This document shows, in pieces, positions 24,621 to 37,770 of a stretch of DNA of 64,000 bases (its first letter is position 1; the number at the start of each line of letters is the position of its first letter). The stretch is from Camelus dromedarius. Lineage: Eukaryota. The stretch lies in NCBI RefSeq assembly GCF_036321535.1, contig NC_087437.1, positions 49,416,001 to 49,480,000 of the forward strand, given 5' to 3'. The notes under the pieces were generated by a model. That model searched no databases. It was not told the DNA's origin and saw only the letters and a list, made by a program, of their open reading frames with translations. A program made the position numbers and the translations under genes.

Positions 24621-26818
24621 GGAACACATATGGCACTTTTAAAAGTAATTAAACTAAATAATTCTAGGATAAAACCAATAGTGTTTTAGGGCAGTGAAGA
24701 TTATTGTTCTGGCAAAGGTTATTATTTAAAATGCAGTGTTTTAAGACTCCCTGTGGTTTTGCCTAGAGAACACATTCCCATTGGTAGATGCCATGTAAAT
24801 TAGAAAATGAAAAGTCAGCTGGCCTTTTCCAGTGATCAAAAACTAATATACCAGTGAAGAGATTAAAATGATCTCTACTGTTTAATTACCTAGAAATTCA
24901 GATATTGTTTTAAAGTACACTGGAATAACAACTTTTGAGCAGGCTGATATGAATGGGGGGGTGACAAAAAGGATGAACAAAGTGAGTTACTTTAAACCAA
25001 TTGTCTTCATTTCTCACAAATCACCCTCTGAGATTACTCCTGCTTTTTCCCAAACAATGTGCTGATCTAGAGGATCCCCAGTCCAGTGGGAGGAGCCTGC
25101 TGGATCACATCAATGGAATCTGCACTTGTCACTTCTAGGGAATGTAGTTCCTGAGACAAAATCACCATCACACATAAATCCACAAACCATGATTTTACCA
25201 AACACCCCTACTATTTTTCTTTTCTCTCTCTTACTCTTTTCTCCCTTTTTGTTTCAGTGAAATCAGGTTAAAATGAGTATCAGGAGGAAAATTTGAAGGC
25301 ACTGTAGCAAGATAATGCAGTCCTACTTTCTCTACTGGGAGATTTGTTAAATGGGACCCAAAGTAGGGAAAGACCCCCTTCATCCTAAAGCTAGAATCAA
25401 AGCTAGAGCTGCAACCCACGTCTCCTCGTTTTTCCTGGCACAGAGTTCTTTGACTGGACAACCCTAAGTAATAGTCAATCTGAGGGGGCTGAAGTATAAT
25501 GATAAACAGCTTTTGCCTTAGGGGCCACATTAGGTAGAGATGAAGATGGGGTGAAGATTCTGGGATGTGCGCTGATTGTAGACATGTACGCTTTAACGCC
25601 AGCAATCAGAGCCACTTTCATTTCCCTTAACCATAATTTCCTGAGAATAATAAGCCACCAGTTCCAATGTTGCAGATTCCAAAATACCACACCCTATGGA
25701 AGGTTTGTATCCATTTGTGAGAAGGCAAGGACTGGAAGGAAGAGATATTTTCTCTCTTCCTCTCCTCTGCAGTTTGGTTGAAAGATACCCAAGATTGGAT
25801 CAAGGCACAGATAATCTCCTCCCAGTGGGATTTAAGAAAAACAGTCCCCCCACCTCTAAAGTATGTCCTCTAATGGACTTGCTGAAGCGCTTGATATACC
25901 ACATTAAAAAGTCACTCATTTGGGACAAAGAATTATTTGCATATCCAGTACTAAAGAAATGTTTATTAAGAACTTATGCGCGAAACACTTTTCTTTATGC
26001 TTCCCTCCCAAAAAAGTGACAAATGAATTATAAACTGTTTCTATCCTAAAGCCACTTAAAATGTAGATGGGAATTAGACAAGAAACAACACAACTTAAAT
26101 TAAAAGCAAAGTGTTCGCACAGGGTAGGGATGTTTGTCAAGCACTTAGGAGACCTGAAGGACCAGAGACAGGCAAAGCAGGAGAAGGGGAAGGGGAGGGG
26201 AGACACCAGGCAGCGGGCATAGGTCTGGGGGCCCCAGAGCTGGAAGGAAGTGTAAGATAGGATGACAGACTGAACAGGAGCTGCGCATGGGCCCGGGCCC
26301 GCTTTACCTGAGGAGGAGGAGAGCCTCCAGAGGGGGTTAAACCAGCAGGGCTGATGGGGAGAAGGGGCTGTAATATGTGTTACACTGATGTTTATATATC
26401 ATAATAGAGAGAAGGCGGCATCAGGTCATTAACAGTCATTAACATATATGAAGAATTTGTTCCAGAAAATAAAAGTGGTGAGAGCATTCAGAAATTAACC
26501 TCAGAATTACACTGTTGCTCTGAAACTGTGGGAAACAGAGTTTTAAAATCTAGCCAGAATTTGTAATCTGGTTGGGAGGTCAAAATCTGCACAAAAAATA
26601 TCAGAGTACATATGTTAACCTGTAGGGTGGGGATTTCAATGCAGTAGTGGTTCAGGGAAAGGTGCGCTCCAGAGAAGGCTGAAGCAGCCTCAAAAGACCT
26701 TATGAAGGGAGGGAAAAAGACCTGCCGAGAAGACAGTGAGAGCAAGTGTCTGCTGGGGTAGGGGGTGGGGGGTAGTGACAAAAGCTAATGGCAGTCATTC
26801 AAGAAACATTACCCAGTA

Positions 26819-26955
26819 GGGGGAGAGTATAGCTCAGTGGCAGAGCATGTGCATACTATGCACAAGGCCCTGGGTTCAAACCCCAGTACTCCTATTAAAG
26901 ATAAATAAATAAATAAATCTAATTACCTCCCCGACCCAAAAAAGCAAAGTGTTCA
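26819..26955 (+). mobile_element. Camelid tRNA-derived SINE (Vic-1-like)
   Basis: ggggagagtatagctcagtggcagagcatgtgcatactatgcacaaggccctgggttcaaaccccagtac followed by (taaa)n and ctaattacctcccc. Confidence 0.9.
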
Positions 26956-27072
26956 AAAAAGAAATATGAAAACGAATATTTGTATATGTATGACTGAAAC
27001 ATTATGCTGTACACCAGAAATTGACACATTGTAAACTGACTATACTTCAATTTAAAAAAAAAAAAAAAAAGA
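26956..27072 (+). mobile_element. Very short L1 3' tail abutting the SINE
   Basis: gtatgactgaaacattatgctgtacaccagaaattgacacattgtaaactgactatacttcaatt plus polyA; closely similar to the L1 end at 34010-34085. Confidence 0.9.
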
Positions 27073-27241
27073 AAGAAACATTAACCAAGCCCTGTACCAG
27101 GTGTTTTTGATGGATGCAGGATAAGTAGGTAGAAATGGCCTGTCAGGGGCCTTCAGTTTAGTGTTCTCTGGTGGGAAAAGGAAAGATACTGCTCTGATTA
27201 GAGCAGAAGCTTTGCTGAAAGAAAGGATGATTCAGAGCAGG

Positions 27242-27244
<3 letters not shown>

Positions 27245-27280
<36 letters not shown>
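27245..27280. repeat. (GT)18 microsatellite
   Basis: Read directly from the sequence. Confidence 0.99.
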
Positions 27281-27283
<3 letters not shown>

Positions 27284-27764
27284 AGGGACAGGGACTGGGA
27301 GGAAAGGGACCTGCACGGCCAGGGCACAACTAATGAGTTCCTGGGGAGACAGGTTAGAGACCAATGAGAACTCTGAAGACAGAGTTGATCATTTCACAGT
27401 ATATCCTTATGATCCAATCAAACACACACACACATATGCAGACACACATACCTATACACATGCACATTTAATGCCTACTGACTGCAGTGTACTTTAGAAT
27501 TATATACAAATTGCCCTTCAATGAAAGATTTACTATAGAATACTTAATTACAGTGTGTCTTTATTTTAGTTAGAGCTGCCTTTCAAAGACTTTATCGCTA
27601 AAAAAAACAAAAAAAAAATCAAAATAAGAGCCCTTCTTTGGTATGAATAGAGACACTTGAAAAAAGATGACTTTGGTTCATATGTCATTTAGTTGAAGGA
27701 TGTTTTTATGGAAAAAGTAGATGTGAAGGTCATAACAGGTATCCTGGACCTTGACTTACAACAC

Positions 27765-28145
27765 AAAAAGAGAGACAAATATCACATGATATCACTTATA
27801 TGTGGAATCTTTAAAAAAAAAAAAGATACAAGTTAACTTATTTATAAAACAGAAACAGACTGACAGACATAGAAAAACTTAACGGTTACCAAAGGAGAAA
27901 ATGGAGGAGGACAAAGTAGGAGTTTAGGATTAACAGATACACACTACTATATATAAAACACATAAACAACAAGGACCTACTGTATAGCACAGGTAACTAT
28001 ATTCACTATCTTGTAATAACCTATAACAGAAAAGAATCTGAAAAAGAATATATGTATAACTGAATCACTTTGCTGTACACCTGAAACCAACACATTGTAA
28101 ATCAACTATACTTCAATTTAAAAAATACATAAAATACAAAAAAGT
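27765..28145 (+). mobile_element. 5'-truncated L1 3'UTR
   Basis: gatatcacttatatgtggaatc...caaggacctactgtatagcacagg...gtaaatcaactatacttcaatttaaaaaa; near-identical to the 2090-2428 copy. Confidence 0.93.
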
Positions 28146-28489
28146 TTGTTTTATACTTAGAAAACCATTATCTATTCATTATATTAAATTTATAATGTAT
28201 AAAAAAAATGAAGAAAAAAATCATCCATAGGTGACCACAGCTGACATTGTGTATGTAGCTCCTTCTAATTGTGTATATTTTAACCAATTACCTCATTAAA
28301 GCTAAGCTTGCTATTTACTAGCAGATACCTTCAGGTGTCCCCACTGACCACAAAGCATAGGTGACCGACTATGTTAATTGACCCAGGTCTCTAGCCAGCT
28401 AACCTAGTTTCATGTTTATGTTCAGGGTAACATAGATCTCAGGTTTTGAGCTGAAAGGAACCTCAGAGATTAAGTTCATTGCCCTCGAA

Positions 28490-28675
28490 CAGTGGTTCTC
28501 AAAGTGCAGACCTCAGACCAGCAACTTTGGCTTCACCTGTGAGCTGGTTATAAATGCAAAATCATGGGCCCTACTCCCACCTGCTGCACAGAAATCTCTT
28601 ACAAAGGGGCCCAGGAAAGGGTGATTTAACACTCAAGGTGACTCCAGTGCACACACAAGTTTGAGAACACACAGC
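28490..28675. mobile_element. MER5A hAT MITE
   Basis: Terminal inverted repeats cagtggttctcaaagtg ... aagtttgagaacaca. Confidence 0.85.
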
Positions 28676-28974
28676 TAGCTAGCAGTAGTCTCCAATCCAC
28701 AGCAAGACCTAGGAATAACATGCATGATGGTGCCTCGTGTGACTCACACAGTGACTTGTACAGAGTAGGCATTTAATAAATGCTTGTTGACTGAAAGAAC
28801 TGTCTCCTAAATTCTCCCAAATTTCTATCCCTTTTCCCATGCCTTTTTGAACAGATCCCACCTAAATTTGCCTTTGAAGCAAATGCTCCTCCTATTTCCC
28901 AAGAATTCCCTTTGGTCCCTGCTTAGAAAACTGAGTCCCCCAGAGTTTTCTTCTTAACTTTCTCATTCTAAGGC

Positions 28975-29135
28975 CTTACTACTCAAAGTGTGGGCAGCAG
29001 GCCAGCAGCACGGGCATCACCTGAGCTTGTTAGAAATGTAGAATCTCAAGCCCCACTCCAGACCCACTGAATCAGAACCTGTGTTTTTACACCATGCCCA
29101 AGTAATGAATTTACACATTAATGTCTGAGAAGCAA
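28975..29135. mobile_element. MER5-type hAT MITE
   Basis: tactcaaagtgtggg...gcatcacctgagcttgttagaaatgtagaatctcaagccccactccagacccactgaatcagaa. Confidence 0.85.
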
Positions 29136-29219
29136 TCTTCCAGGGAGACAACTGCTACTCTTAATCTTGCTCAGGTGAGTTTTGTAATAAGTACATTTTA
29201 GTATTAACAGTATGTGACA

Positions 29220-29460
29220 CTCATTCACTCAACAAGTATTTCTTGAATAGCTACTGTGTGCAAGGATGGGTGTCATGGAAAAACAAAGATGCAGAAGACA
29301 TGGCCTCAGACTCTTGGAGGAACACAGTACAGCCAGTAAGGGGAATAGACAGTGGACACCAATAGCTGTAACACCAAGCAGGATATTGTTAAGAGTCTTC
29401 TGAGTGGTCTAAGATACTAGCATTCAGGGAGGGCAAGAGAGTACTCCCTCCTAGGGTAGA
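29220..29460 (-). mobile_element. L2 LINE 3' fragment
   Basis: tcattcactcaacaagtatttcttgaatagctactgtgtgcaagg. Confidence 0.75.
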
Positions 29461-29559
29461 AGAGGAAAATAAGTCATTCAGTTTGCAAATTTAATTATAG
29501 TATAAAAATAGGTTTTTAGTTCTAGCAATGACTTTAGAAGGTCCCCTTAGAAAGAGCAT

Positions 29560-29760
29560 CTTTGAAACCAGAGAAACCTGAGTTCATATCCAGCCAGGTG
29601 ATCTTGGGAATGTGACTTACACTCTCTGAAGCTAACTTCCTTGTCCACAGAAGAGCACAATACTTACGTTTCAGGGTTGCTCCGAGGTGTAGTGAGAGGG
29701 CATGCACAGCTCTTAGAATGGTGTCTGGCACATAGAAGGCACTCAGCAGTGGTGTTACTG
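29560..29760 (+). mobile_element. MIR SINE
   Basis: ctttgaaaccagagaaacctgagttc...gtgatcttggg...gctcttagaatggtgtctggcacatagaaggcactcag. Confidence 0.8.
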
Positions 29761-31419
29761 CTGCTGCTCCTGTTCCTGAGATCCTTGTGACCTGAGCCCT
29801 GTCTCCCTTGATCTCTGAAATGTGCGAGTTGTGTGAAAGTAGCCACCCTGGGGAGTACCTGGACCTGACCTAATAGGTTCTAGCCACAAGTTCTTAGTCA
29901 TCATTCTGCAGCACTTCATCACATTTCAGTCTTGAGTGGTAGATAAAACCTGAAAATTATGTGCAATCACTTATTTAGCTGCATAAAACAAAGAAAACAA
30001 CATCAAGCTCATTTATGTTTACACAACAGTATAGATAGATCTGGATATTCTGAAATAGTTTGAGTCTGAATTAAACAAGTGTGTTGTCATCAGGATAACT
30101 GGTATCGTGTACACATGGTCTCCATTCTTCTCATTCTATCCAGGCTAATCTGAACCTAAGCTTGCCTATCTGGTAATGCCAGGAGCCATCAGGCTGCAGA
30201 ACCTGAATCTATCCTTCCATCTCTTCTTCCTCTGCCTCCTCCTCCTTTTTCCTCTTCTCCTGCCACTTCCTCTTCCTCCCCCTCTTCCTTCTCTCTCCAA
30301 GCTACTGAATTATTATTCACTTTCCTTAAGACCTAAGCCCTGCTCTAGCTCTGTTGTTGTTTTAAATGCCTAAATCAGGTTGCCATCTTATATAAATATA
30401 AATTGGAAGGCAGTCAAAAGCAGCTCAAAATAATGGTTGCCTAGTGCCTATCTCACAGTCCTTAAGAAATCTTCATAATCTGTAAGGGAAATCTGACAGT
30501 ATTTAAATGTTGAAAACCCATAAAATAGTAGATGCTGTACCCTCTTATGTCTCTAAAGAAAAAAATTGTCTCACAGCCCAACCAATTCTAAAACACAAGA
30601 GGGCAAGAAAAAAGTCTTGACAATTACTCTTGAGTACCAAGGTCTTAATGCTCAAAGTGTTTGGCTTTCCAATGAACAGACCCACACAGAGGGAGCCCCA
30701 CACAATCAGCATTGCCATGAAGGTAGGGTGATCATAAATTTTATCACTTCTAATTCTTGTAACAATTAAAGGGGTGCTATTAATAATTATATATAACTAT
30801 AATAAGTATTAATCCAGGGTAGTCCTGGGAAGGAGAGCTGTATAGCCATCCCACCTAAAGGCAGGCAAGGATAAGAGTAAGATTTGGAGCAGAGGTAGTG
30901 GTAGGTAAGGAGATATGGACAAATATTTTCTGCATTTAACAGACAATGTTTGATGGTGTATTTATAAAATCTGTCCACTGAGCTACAGATTGATAGAACT
31001 TACAATATACCTCATCTCATTTATTCAGCAATATATGGAACATTGCCTAGAACTGAGTTTCTGAGTCGCAAAGCACACCCGTTAACATTCATGTACTTAA
31101 GACACAAAAGAGAAGCCCCCCAAAACTTCCCTCAGAGCTCACTGAATCCTCCATGAAATGCAAGCCATTAACACATTAATTTAAATAATGCCATATAGAA
31201 ATAAAAAGTTGCATATCAGAACATATAATGGGCCTGTCACACCTGTAAGCAGCAGAGGACCCAATAGCCTCATTATAACACGATAGACAGAAGAATCCCA
31301 AACATAGTCTGTGACCTATAAACCTCTGAAGACGCCACTGTTCTGCAGCACAGCACAATCACTGACGTTCATCATTATGATCCTGACTCATCAAGAAGAA
31401 GGCTATGATTTAAGTAGAG

Positions 31420-31670
31420 AAGCAGTATAGTGACGTTGAAAGAACAATGACAATGAGGTCAGAAAGACCTAGGTTATAGTCCTAGCTCTGCCATTCACTG
31501 CCTTTGTGACCTTGGGTTAATTATTCAATCCCTCTAGGCATTATTGGCACCAGCATCATCTGCAAAATAGGAAGAATACATATCTAAGGGTGATAATAAT
31601 GAAGTGGGTCATGATTTTTAAAGTTCCAGCACTGTGCCTGCCATATGGGAACTGCTCAATCAATAGAAAT
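31420..31670 (+). mobile_element. MIR SINE
   Basis: gcagtatagtg...cctagctctgccattcactgcctttgtgaccttggg...catctgcaaaatagg...gcactgtgcctgccata. Confidence 0.85.
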
Positions 31671-32659
31671 TATTACTCGTAATAATAAAAAGTTCTGTAT
31701 GTTCTTCTTGAAAGGAATGTTATCCTGAATGACAAGAAACAGTACAAGATTATCACTATTGGGGTCTCCTCCTGTGGGGTGCTCACTGAGACAGTTTAGG
31801 GCAGTTGTCATAGCTTCTTTACACATAAAAATCAAATAGCCAGGCATGGTAACGTAAGCAACACTAAGAACACCAGCAGAGATCCTCATAGACTAGCAGA
31901 CCAGAAAGCAGGTGGGGGCAGAATAAAGGGTGATGTCTCAGAGGAAGGGTTCAGGCAATAATAGAATACCCCAGATAACAAGGTCCTCTTTCCAGAGCTG
32001 GGGTCTAGAATCCTGCAGCAGACCATTCCACCAGCATGCATATAATGTATAAAATATAAAAAGAAAAGGTTCTTTTCATAAAAGATTAGGCTTTGGAAGT
32101 TCTCAGAGTAAAAAATGTTTATTAATGGATTGCACTGCCTTGAGAAATAGTGAATTTTCCATCAACAAAAGAGTATTCAAATATAACTCAAGTCTCCTGG
32201 TATGGGTATTACTGAATGGATTTAAGCACTGGCTGGAAAACTGAATTAAATCACTTTACGAAGGTCCTTCCCAAAACTAAAACATATTTCACCTATATGG
32301 AATAATTTAGATATTCATAAAAATACTAAGTAAATGAGATGCTATTGTAAATAGTTCATTATTTCTGAATATAAAGTGAATGTAAATTAACTTAAGAAAT
32401 GATTAAGGTATCAAAAATACATACAAGAGAAAACAAATAATAATTCTACTCTTCCAGGGACAACCAATATAAACATTTTCTTTCAGTATTTCTTCCATAG
32501 ATTTTTTTTTCCAAAATTGATCATTTACTGCACATATAATTTTTATCCTACATTTTTTGCTTTGTTATACAATAATCACTTTTGTGTCATCAAAAATGTT
32601 TTAGGCAGCATTTTAAGGTTGCAAAATATTACATTATCTCAATACCTCAAATTTGGGCA

Positions 32660-32880
32660 CAAACTCACATGCCTAGGTAGGAACCCTGATCTGCCATTTA
32701 CCAGTAGTGTGAATTTGGGCAATTTACTAACACCTCTGGGCCTCATCGATAAAATGTGAATAACAGTCCTACCTACTTCATTGTTTTATTGTTAGAACTA
32801 AAAGAGTTAATACGTATAAAATACTTAAAAGTGTCTGATACATAGTAAGTGTTAGTAAGTGCTCAATAAATTTATATTAC
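32660..32880 (+). mobile_element. MIR SINE within an old minus-strand L1 remnant
   Basis: ctgccatttaccagtagtgtgaatttgggcaatttactaacacctctg...gagttaatacgtataaaatacttaaaagtgtctgatacatagtaagtg. Confidence 0.85.
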
Positions 32881-33273
32881 TGTTCCTACTCATTTTCCTA
32901 ATATGAGCCATTTAGATTGCTTTCAGTTTTTCATTATTATAAATAATTCTGTGATAAACATCTTTGTAATATATGAATTTTTAAAGATACTCTTCACAAT
33001 TCAAACTCTTAAGCCATTTATTTTATTCATTTCAGTTCTATGCTTTAGCCACAAAGCAATGGATAACAGATGTTATTTACCAGGAACTACTGGCATTGCC
33101 ATTTTTTTAAGGAAGAACATTGTTTATTTCTATTTTTTTTCTTTCTTCTCTTTTTTATTCTGATACAATACACATAAAATTTAGCATTACTGACATTTAG
33201 AACATCATTGTGCAATTTGCCAATATGTTGTTAGACCACTTATCCCAAAGATCATCAAATATAATGCACAGAA

Positions 33274-34110
33274 AATCAAAACTACAGAGAGGTATCACCT
33301 CACACCAGTCAGAATGGCCATCATTAAAAAGTCTACAAATAAATGCTGTAGAGGGTGTGGAGAAAAAGGGACCCTTCTACACTGCTGGTGGAAATCTAAG
33401 TTGTGCAGCCTGACTATGGACAGCAGTATGGAGGTACCTTAAAAAACTAAAAATCGAGTTACCGTATGATCCAGCAATCCCACTCCTGGGCATGTATCCA
33501 AAGAAATCTATAATTCAAAGAGACACAGGCATCCCAATGTCCACAGAAGCACTATTTACAATAGCCAAGACATGAAAACAACCCAAATATCCAATGACAA
33601 ATGAACATGTGATACACACACACACACACACACAAATGGAATACTACTCAGCTATAAAAAAAGAATAAAATAATGCCATTTGCAGCAACATAGATGGAAC
33701 TGGAGATGGTTATTCTAAATGAAGTAAGCCAGAAAGAGAAAGAAAAATACCATATGATGCTGCTTATATGTGGAATCTAAAAAAAAGACAAATGAACTTA
33801 TTTACAAAACAGAAACAGACTCACAGACACAGAGAATAAACTTACGATTACCAGGGGGTATAGGAGGTGGGATGGGATAAATTGGGAGTTTGAGATTTGC
33901 AGATACTAACTACTATGTATAAAATAGATGAAGAACAAGTTTATACTGTGTAGCATAGGGAACTATATCCAATATCTTGTACCAACCTATAATGAAAATG
34001 AATATATATATATGTATGACAAACATTATGCTGTACACCAGAAACTGACACAACATTGGAAACGGACTATACATCAATTAAAAAAGAAAGAAAGAAAAGA
34101 AAAAATATAT
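33274..34110 (+). mobile_element. 5'-truncated L1 (ORF2 end and 3'UTR) with TSD
   Basis: atcacctcacaccagtcagaatggccatcattaaaaagtctacaaataaatgctg...; 15-bp TSD ata(t/c)aatgcacagaa at 33259-33273 and 34111-34125. Confidence 0.95.
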
Positions 34111-34339
34111 ATACAATGCACAGAATGGAAAAAAGAAAAAGTAAATGCTATTAGCCTTAAAATATCTCTCATGAAAAAAAGGAAAAATAACTTCCTCATT
34201 CTCAAATTTTACTAGGAAACCATTGGGTCCAATCACCAAATTAAAACCACCTTAAATCCTCTCTGGAACATACATGCAGATACATTTATTACAACTTCAG
34301 TTGCCTGTGTCTGTGGAGGAAGAGGACAGCTGAGAGAGA

Positions 34340-34700
34340 ACTATCACTTAACAAGTCCTATTACAGTTCAGGCATTGTAGAAGAAGATTAATGTAAATTA
34401 CCCTATTTAGTCCTTACAAAGACTACAAGTTACAACTGTTGTCCTCAAATGAGGAACCAGAGGTTTGGCAAAGTGAAGTAATTTGTCTAAATTTACAGTT
34501 ATGAGTAAATGTAGTTTCATGAAAGGTAGAGCCAGCACTAACTAGGCCAGAGCAGGAGTTCAGTAAGTGCTCATTAAACGAATGAACTCCAAGCTCCAAA
34601 AATAAATAAATAAATAAATTACACAGCTAAAAAGGGGCAGAGATAGGACTCAAACTCACATCTACCTGGTTCCTAAGTTCCACCCTTTCCATTATACCGT
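34340..34700 (-). mobile_element. MIR SINE (fragmented)
   Basis: caaatgaggaaccagaggtttggcaaagtgaagtaatttgtctaa...acacagctaaaaaggggcagagataggactcaaactcacatct. Confidence 0.7.
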
Positions 34701-36599
34701 GCTGCCTTGTTGATACAAGCATGTATTATTATCCCAAGAGAAAGTGACTGAAAGTTATAACAGAAACTCCAATAGCCATCTAGATAGAAAATTGCAAGTC
34801 TACAAACTAGTGGATCCAGTTTTTGCAACTTTTTCTTAAGGTTGATAAGGTTCTAGTATTTCATCCTCCTCTACTGCTGTCAGTTTATCGCCTGGATAGC
34901 TCAACATCCCTGAAAGGGTTATTCTAAGTGGATTAGGCATTAGCACTCTCAGTTCTATGCCAAAACACACACAGGCTTGTTGACCCGACAAGAAACTGCT
35001 TGTAGAGCAGCTTTACCTAAACCAAAATCACAGATCTCAAAAGCTGTCTCTCTTCTTCTATCACAGTTTTTTTTTTTTTCATATTTGACAACAAACATAC
35101 ACAGACTATCAAGAAGAAAGGGGGGAAATGTTTTTCATAGAGTCACTGGAATTTTGTGATAGAAATCAGCAGTGGAAAGTGGAATTTTCTGTTCACAGTC
35201 TTATTCTGTCCAAAGCCTTGTTTCTTATTTGCTCATGTTCTTGAGTTCACCATGATGCTTAATTTCTAATTTGCAACATAGAAATAATTTAAAAACTGGT
35301 GAGTCTGGAGCACAAAAATCATGTTCATAGTGTGCTTAGATTTGAGAAGGGCTAGAAGGTCGTGCATGCAGGTATGGAGCGTCCAGCACTGCAATAAGCA
35401 CAATTAAAGCGGAACACTAATACTGCATAGCAACCGGCTGCCTCACCAACGCAGTTTCCTTATCCAACCGGCCCTGAATGGATTAGTGTGTTGTGGCTGC
35501 TGAGTTCAACTTCCCTGTCACTAATACAGAGGGCCTGCAGGAATGTCCTGTAATTCACTGATACTGAAAGCCACTAAACTTTTGGATATTTTATGTATTA
35601 AGTAGGTTGCATATTCCTACTATCCTACTTCTTGGTTCCTAACATTTTTATATAGAGATCCCTTTCTGCTTCACCAGCTCTTACATTACTTTCTCTACAC
35701 CCCTCACTCCCATTCCCTCCGATGTGGTGTATGGTTTTCCTGAGATATTGCTAACCTTCTTCAAGGAAAAAGAAAAAGATCTAGCAAATACTGTAAAACT
35801 TAGGAGGAAAAAAACACATTCCTTCCTAGAAGACCCCAATTGACAACCTTACTAGACTAAAAGTCTAAACAGAAATTATCAATTTTAAGTTACCCTTCAA
35901 CAGTTAAGAGGGGCCAGAGTTCCCTACTCCTGTTTAATGTTCAGTATTTTGGGGTGAGAGGGATCAGCATGTGTCCATAGAGCACAATACTCTTTTTTTT
36001 TTCAGAACTACATTCATCTGCCAAGACAAAATTAACTCCATCAGCAGGAACAAGTTCACAAAACCATGACTGTGCAGATTCACAATGAAATCTCCATTAA
36101 AACCTAGAACTTTCCAGGGCATTTTAACAACAACAACAAAAACCTGTGAAGAATTAAGTTTCTCTTTCCCTCCTTCCCTCACTTGCTCCTCCTCCAACCC
36201 CCCAGAGTGATATCAATATTCTGTGTAACTTGAATGTCCCACAGGTTATTATAGTAAAAAGGTCATGGGCTGTCACTTCAGTCTTTCAGTAGATAAGGTG
36301 GAAATATACACAAGAAAAATGGAAGTTTTGGAGAGGCATTTTATAGTTTATCAAGCTATGACTACTAGTAACCAAAAAATAAATAAAGCATTGGGTGTGA
36401 TTATTATACAGAAAGCCTCTAAGGATTGCCTCAAATGACATTATGACAGGCTGGCGACTTACAGATTTTTGGACTGTAGGACACTCAGTGCTCCTTTAAA
36501 TCGCATCGCTGAACATGGTTGCTTATTCCACCTAAGGACTGTAGGCTTCGATTTTCTATGGTGTGACTACACAGCTTGTGTAAGAGTCAAGCAAACTGT

Positions 36600-37090
36600 T
36601 AAGAAAAAAATCATTAAAACCTACCCTTTAGGCAATTTGGAAGATACTTAACAAAATTATAAATGCATATACCTTTTATATAATAATTCTACATCTAGAA
36701 AAATACATAATTACACCTATTTTAAAAGATAATTTTACGTCTAGGAATTTATTCTAATGAAATACCTGCGTACAGAATAACATATTTACAAAGTTATTCA
36801 TGGCATCACAGTTTATAATAGTAAAATATTGGAAATAACTTAAATGTTCATTAATAAGAAATTGTTTAAATAAATTATAGTAGATCCATGCAGAACATGA
36901 ATCCATAGAAAAGAATGAAGAAACTGTGTATGAACTGATAAAGAAAGTTACATAAGAGCTAGATTTAAATTAGTGTTGAATTTTAAAAACATAAATTATT
37001 TCTGGAAAACTATGCAAGAAACAAATAACACCAACTGTGAGGAGGGGAATTAGGTGGCTAGGGGTCAAGGATGGGAGAGAAAACTTTTTG
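36600..37090 (+). mobile_element. Ancient L1ME-type 3' fragment
   Basis: taattctacatctagaaa; ttataatagtaaaatattggaaataacttaaatgttcattaataagaaattgtttaaataaattat. Confidence 0.7.
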
Positions 37091-37107
37091 TTTTGAATTT
37101 TGAACTA

Positions 37108-37330
37108 CAGTTGACCCTGAACAACATGGGTTTGAACTGTGTGGGTCCAATTACGTGCAGATTTTTCCCAGAGTAAATACTATAGTACTACACAATCTGA
37201 AGTTGGTTGAATCCTCAAATCTGTAACTATGGATACCAAGGAACCACAGACACGGAGGACCCACGTATAGGAAGGGCCTACTATAAGTTATACTTGGATT
37301 GTCGACTGAGTAGAGGGTCAGGGTTGCTGT
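37108..37330. mobile_element. Tigger2a/MER8-like TcMar MITE
   Basis: ta|cagttgaccctgaacaacatgggtttgaactgtgtgggtcca TIR and the internal ggttgaatcc...ggataccaaggaaccacagacacggagg motifs. Confidence 0.85.
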
Positions 37331-37649
37331 ACAGTTGATAGATCAAAACAATTGATAAGGACAAGGCCTCAAAAAATAAAGCATTACAATTAACGTATCT
37401 TTCAAACTGCCATGCAACAGAAACCCTGCTGTAAATATTCCTCTTATAAATGTTCTCAGATTCCACAATTTTAAATTTAGTTTAAAAACAGCAAATCAAC
37501 AATAAAAAGGCTTTAATTATATAGTTTATAATACATGTATCTACACAAACACAATGAAAGGCAATTTAATCTTTTGCCTTTCACAAGGTTACAAACATAC
37601 AATGTAGGCATCATTATTTATTTTATCAACTAGGAGAGCACTGACCATT

Positions 37650-37770
37650 CTTTATTCTACTATTAAGTGTATACTGAATACCTACAAGGTAGCAAGTACC
37701 AGGTTAGATTCTGGAAATTCAGTGTAGAAAACAATACACATGGTCCCTGACCTCCTGGACAGTTCTGGTA
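37650..37770 (-). mobile_element. L2 LINE 3' fragment
   Basis: tatactgaatacctacaaggtagcaagtaccagg...acatggtccctgacctc. Confidence 0.6.

Noticed and set aside
35421..35445. let-7-like string tgaggcagccggttgctatgcagta on the minus strand
   Set aside because: The seed differs from let-7 (GAGGCAG versus GAGGTAG) and I find no convincing precursor hairpin
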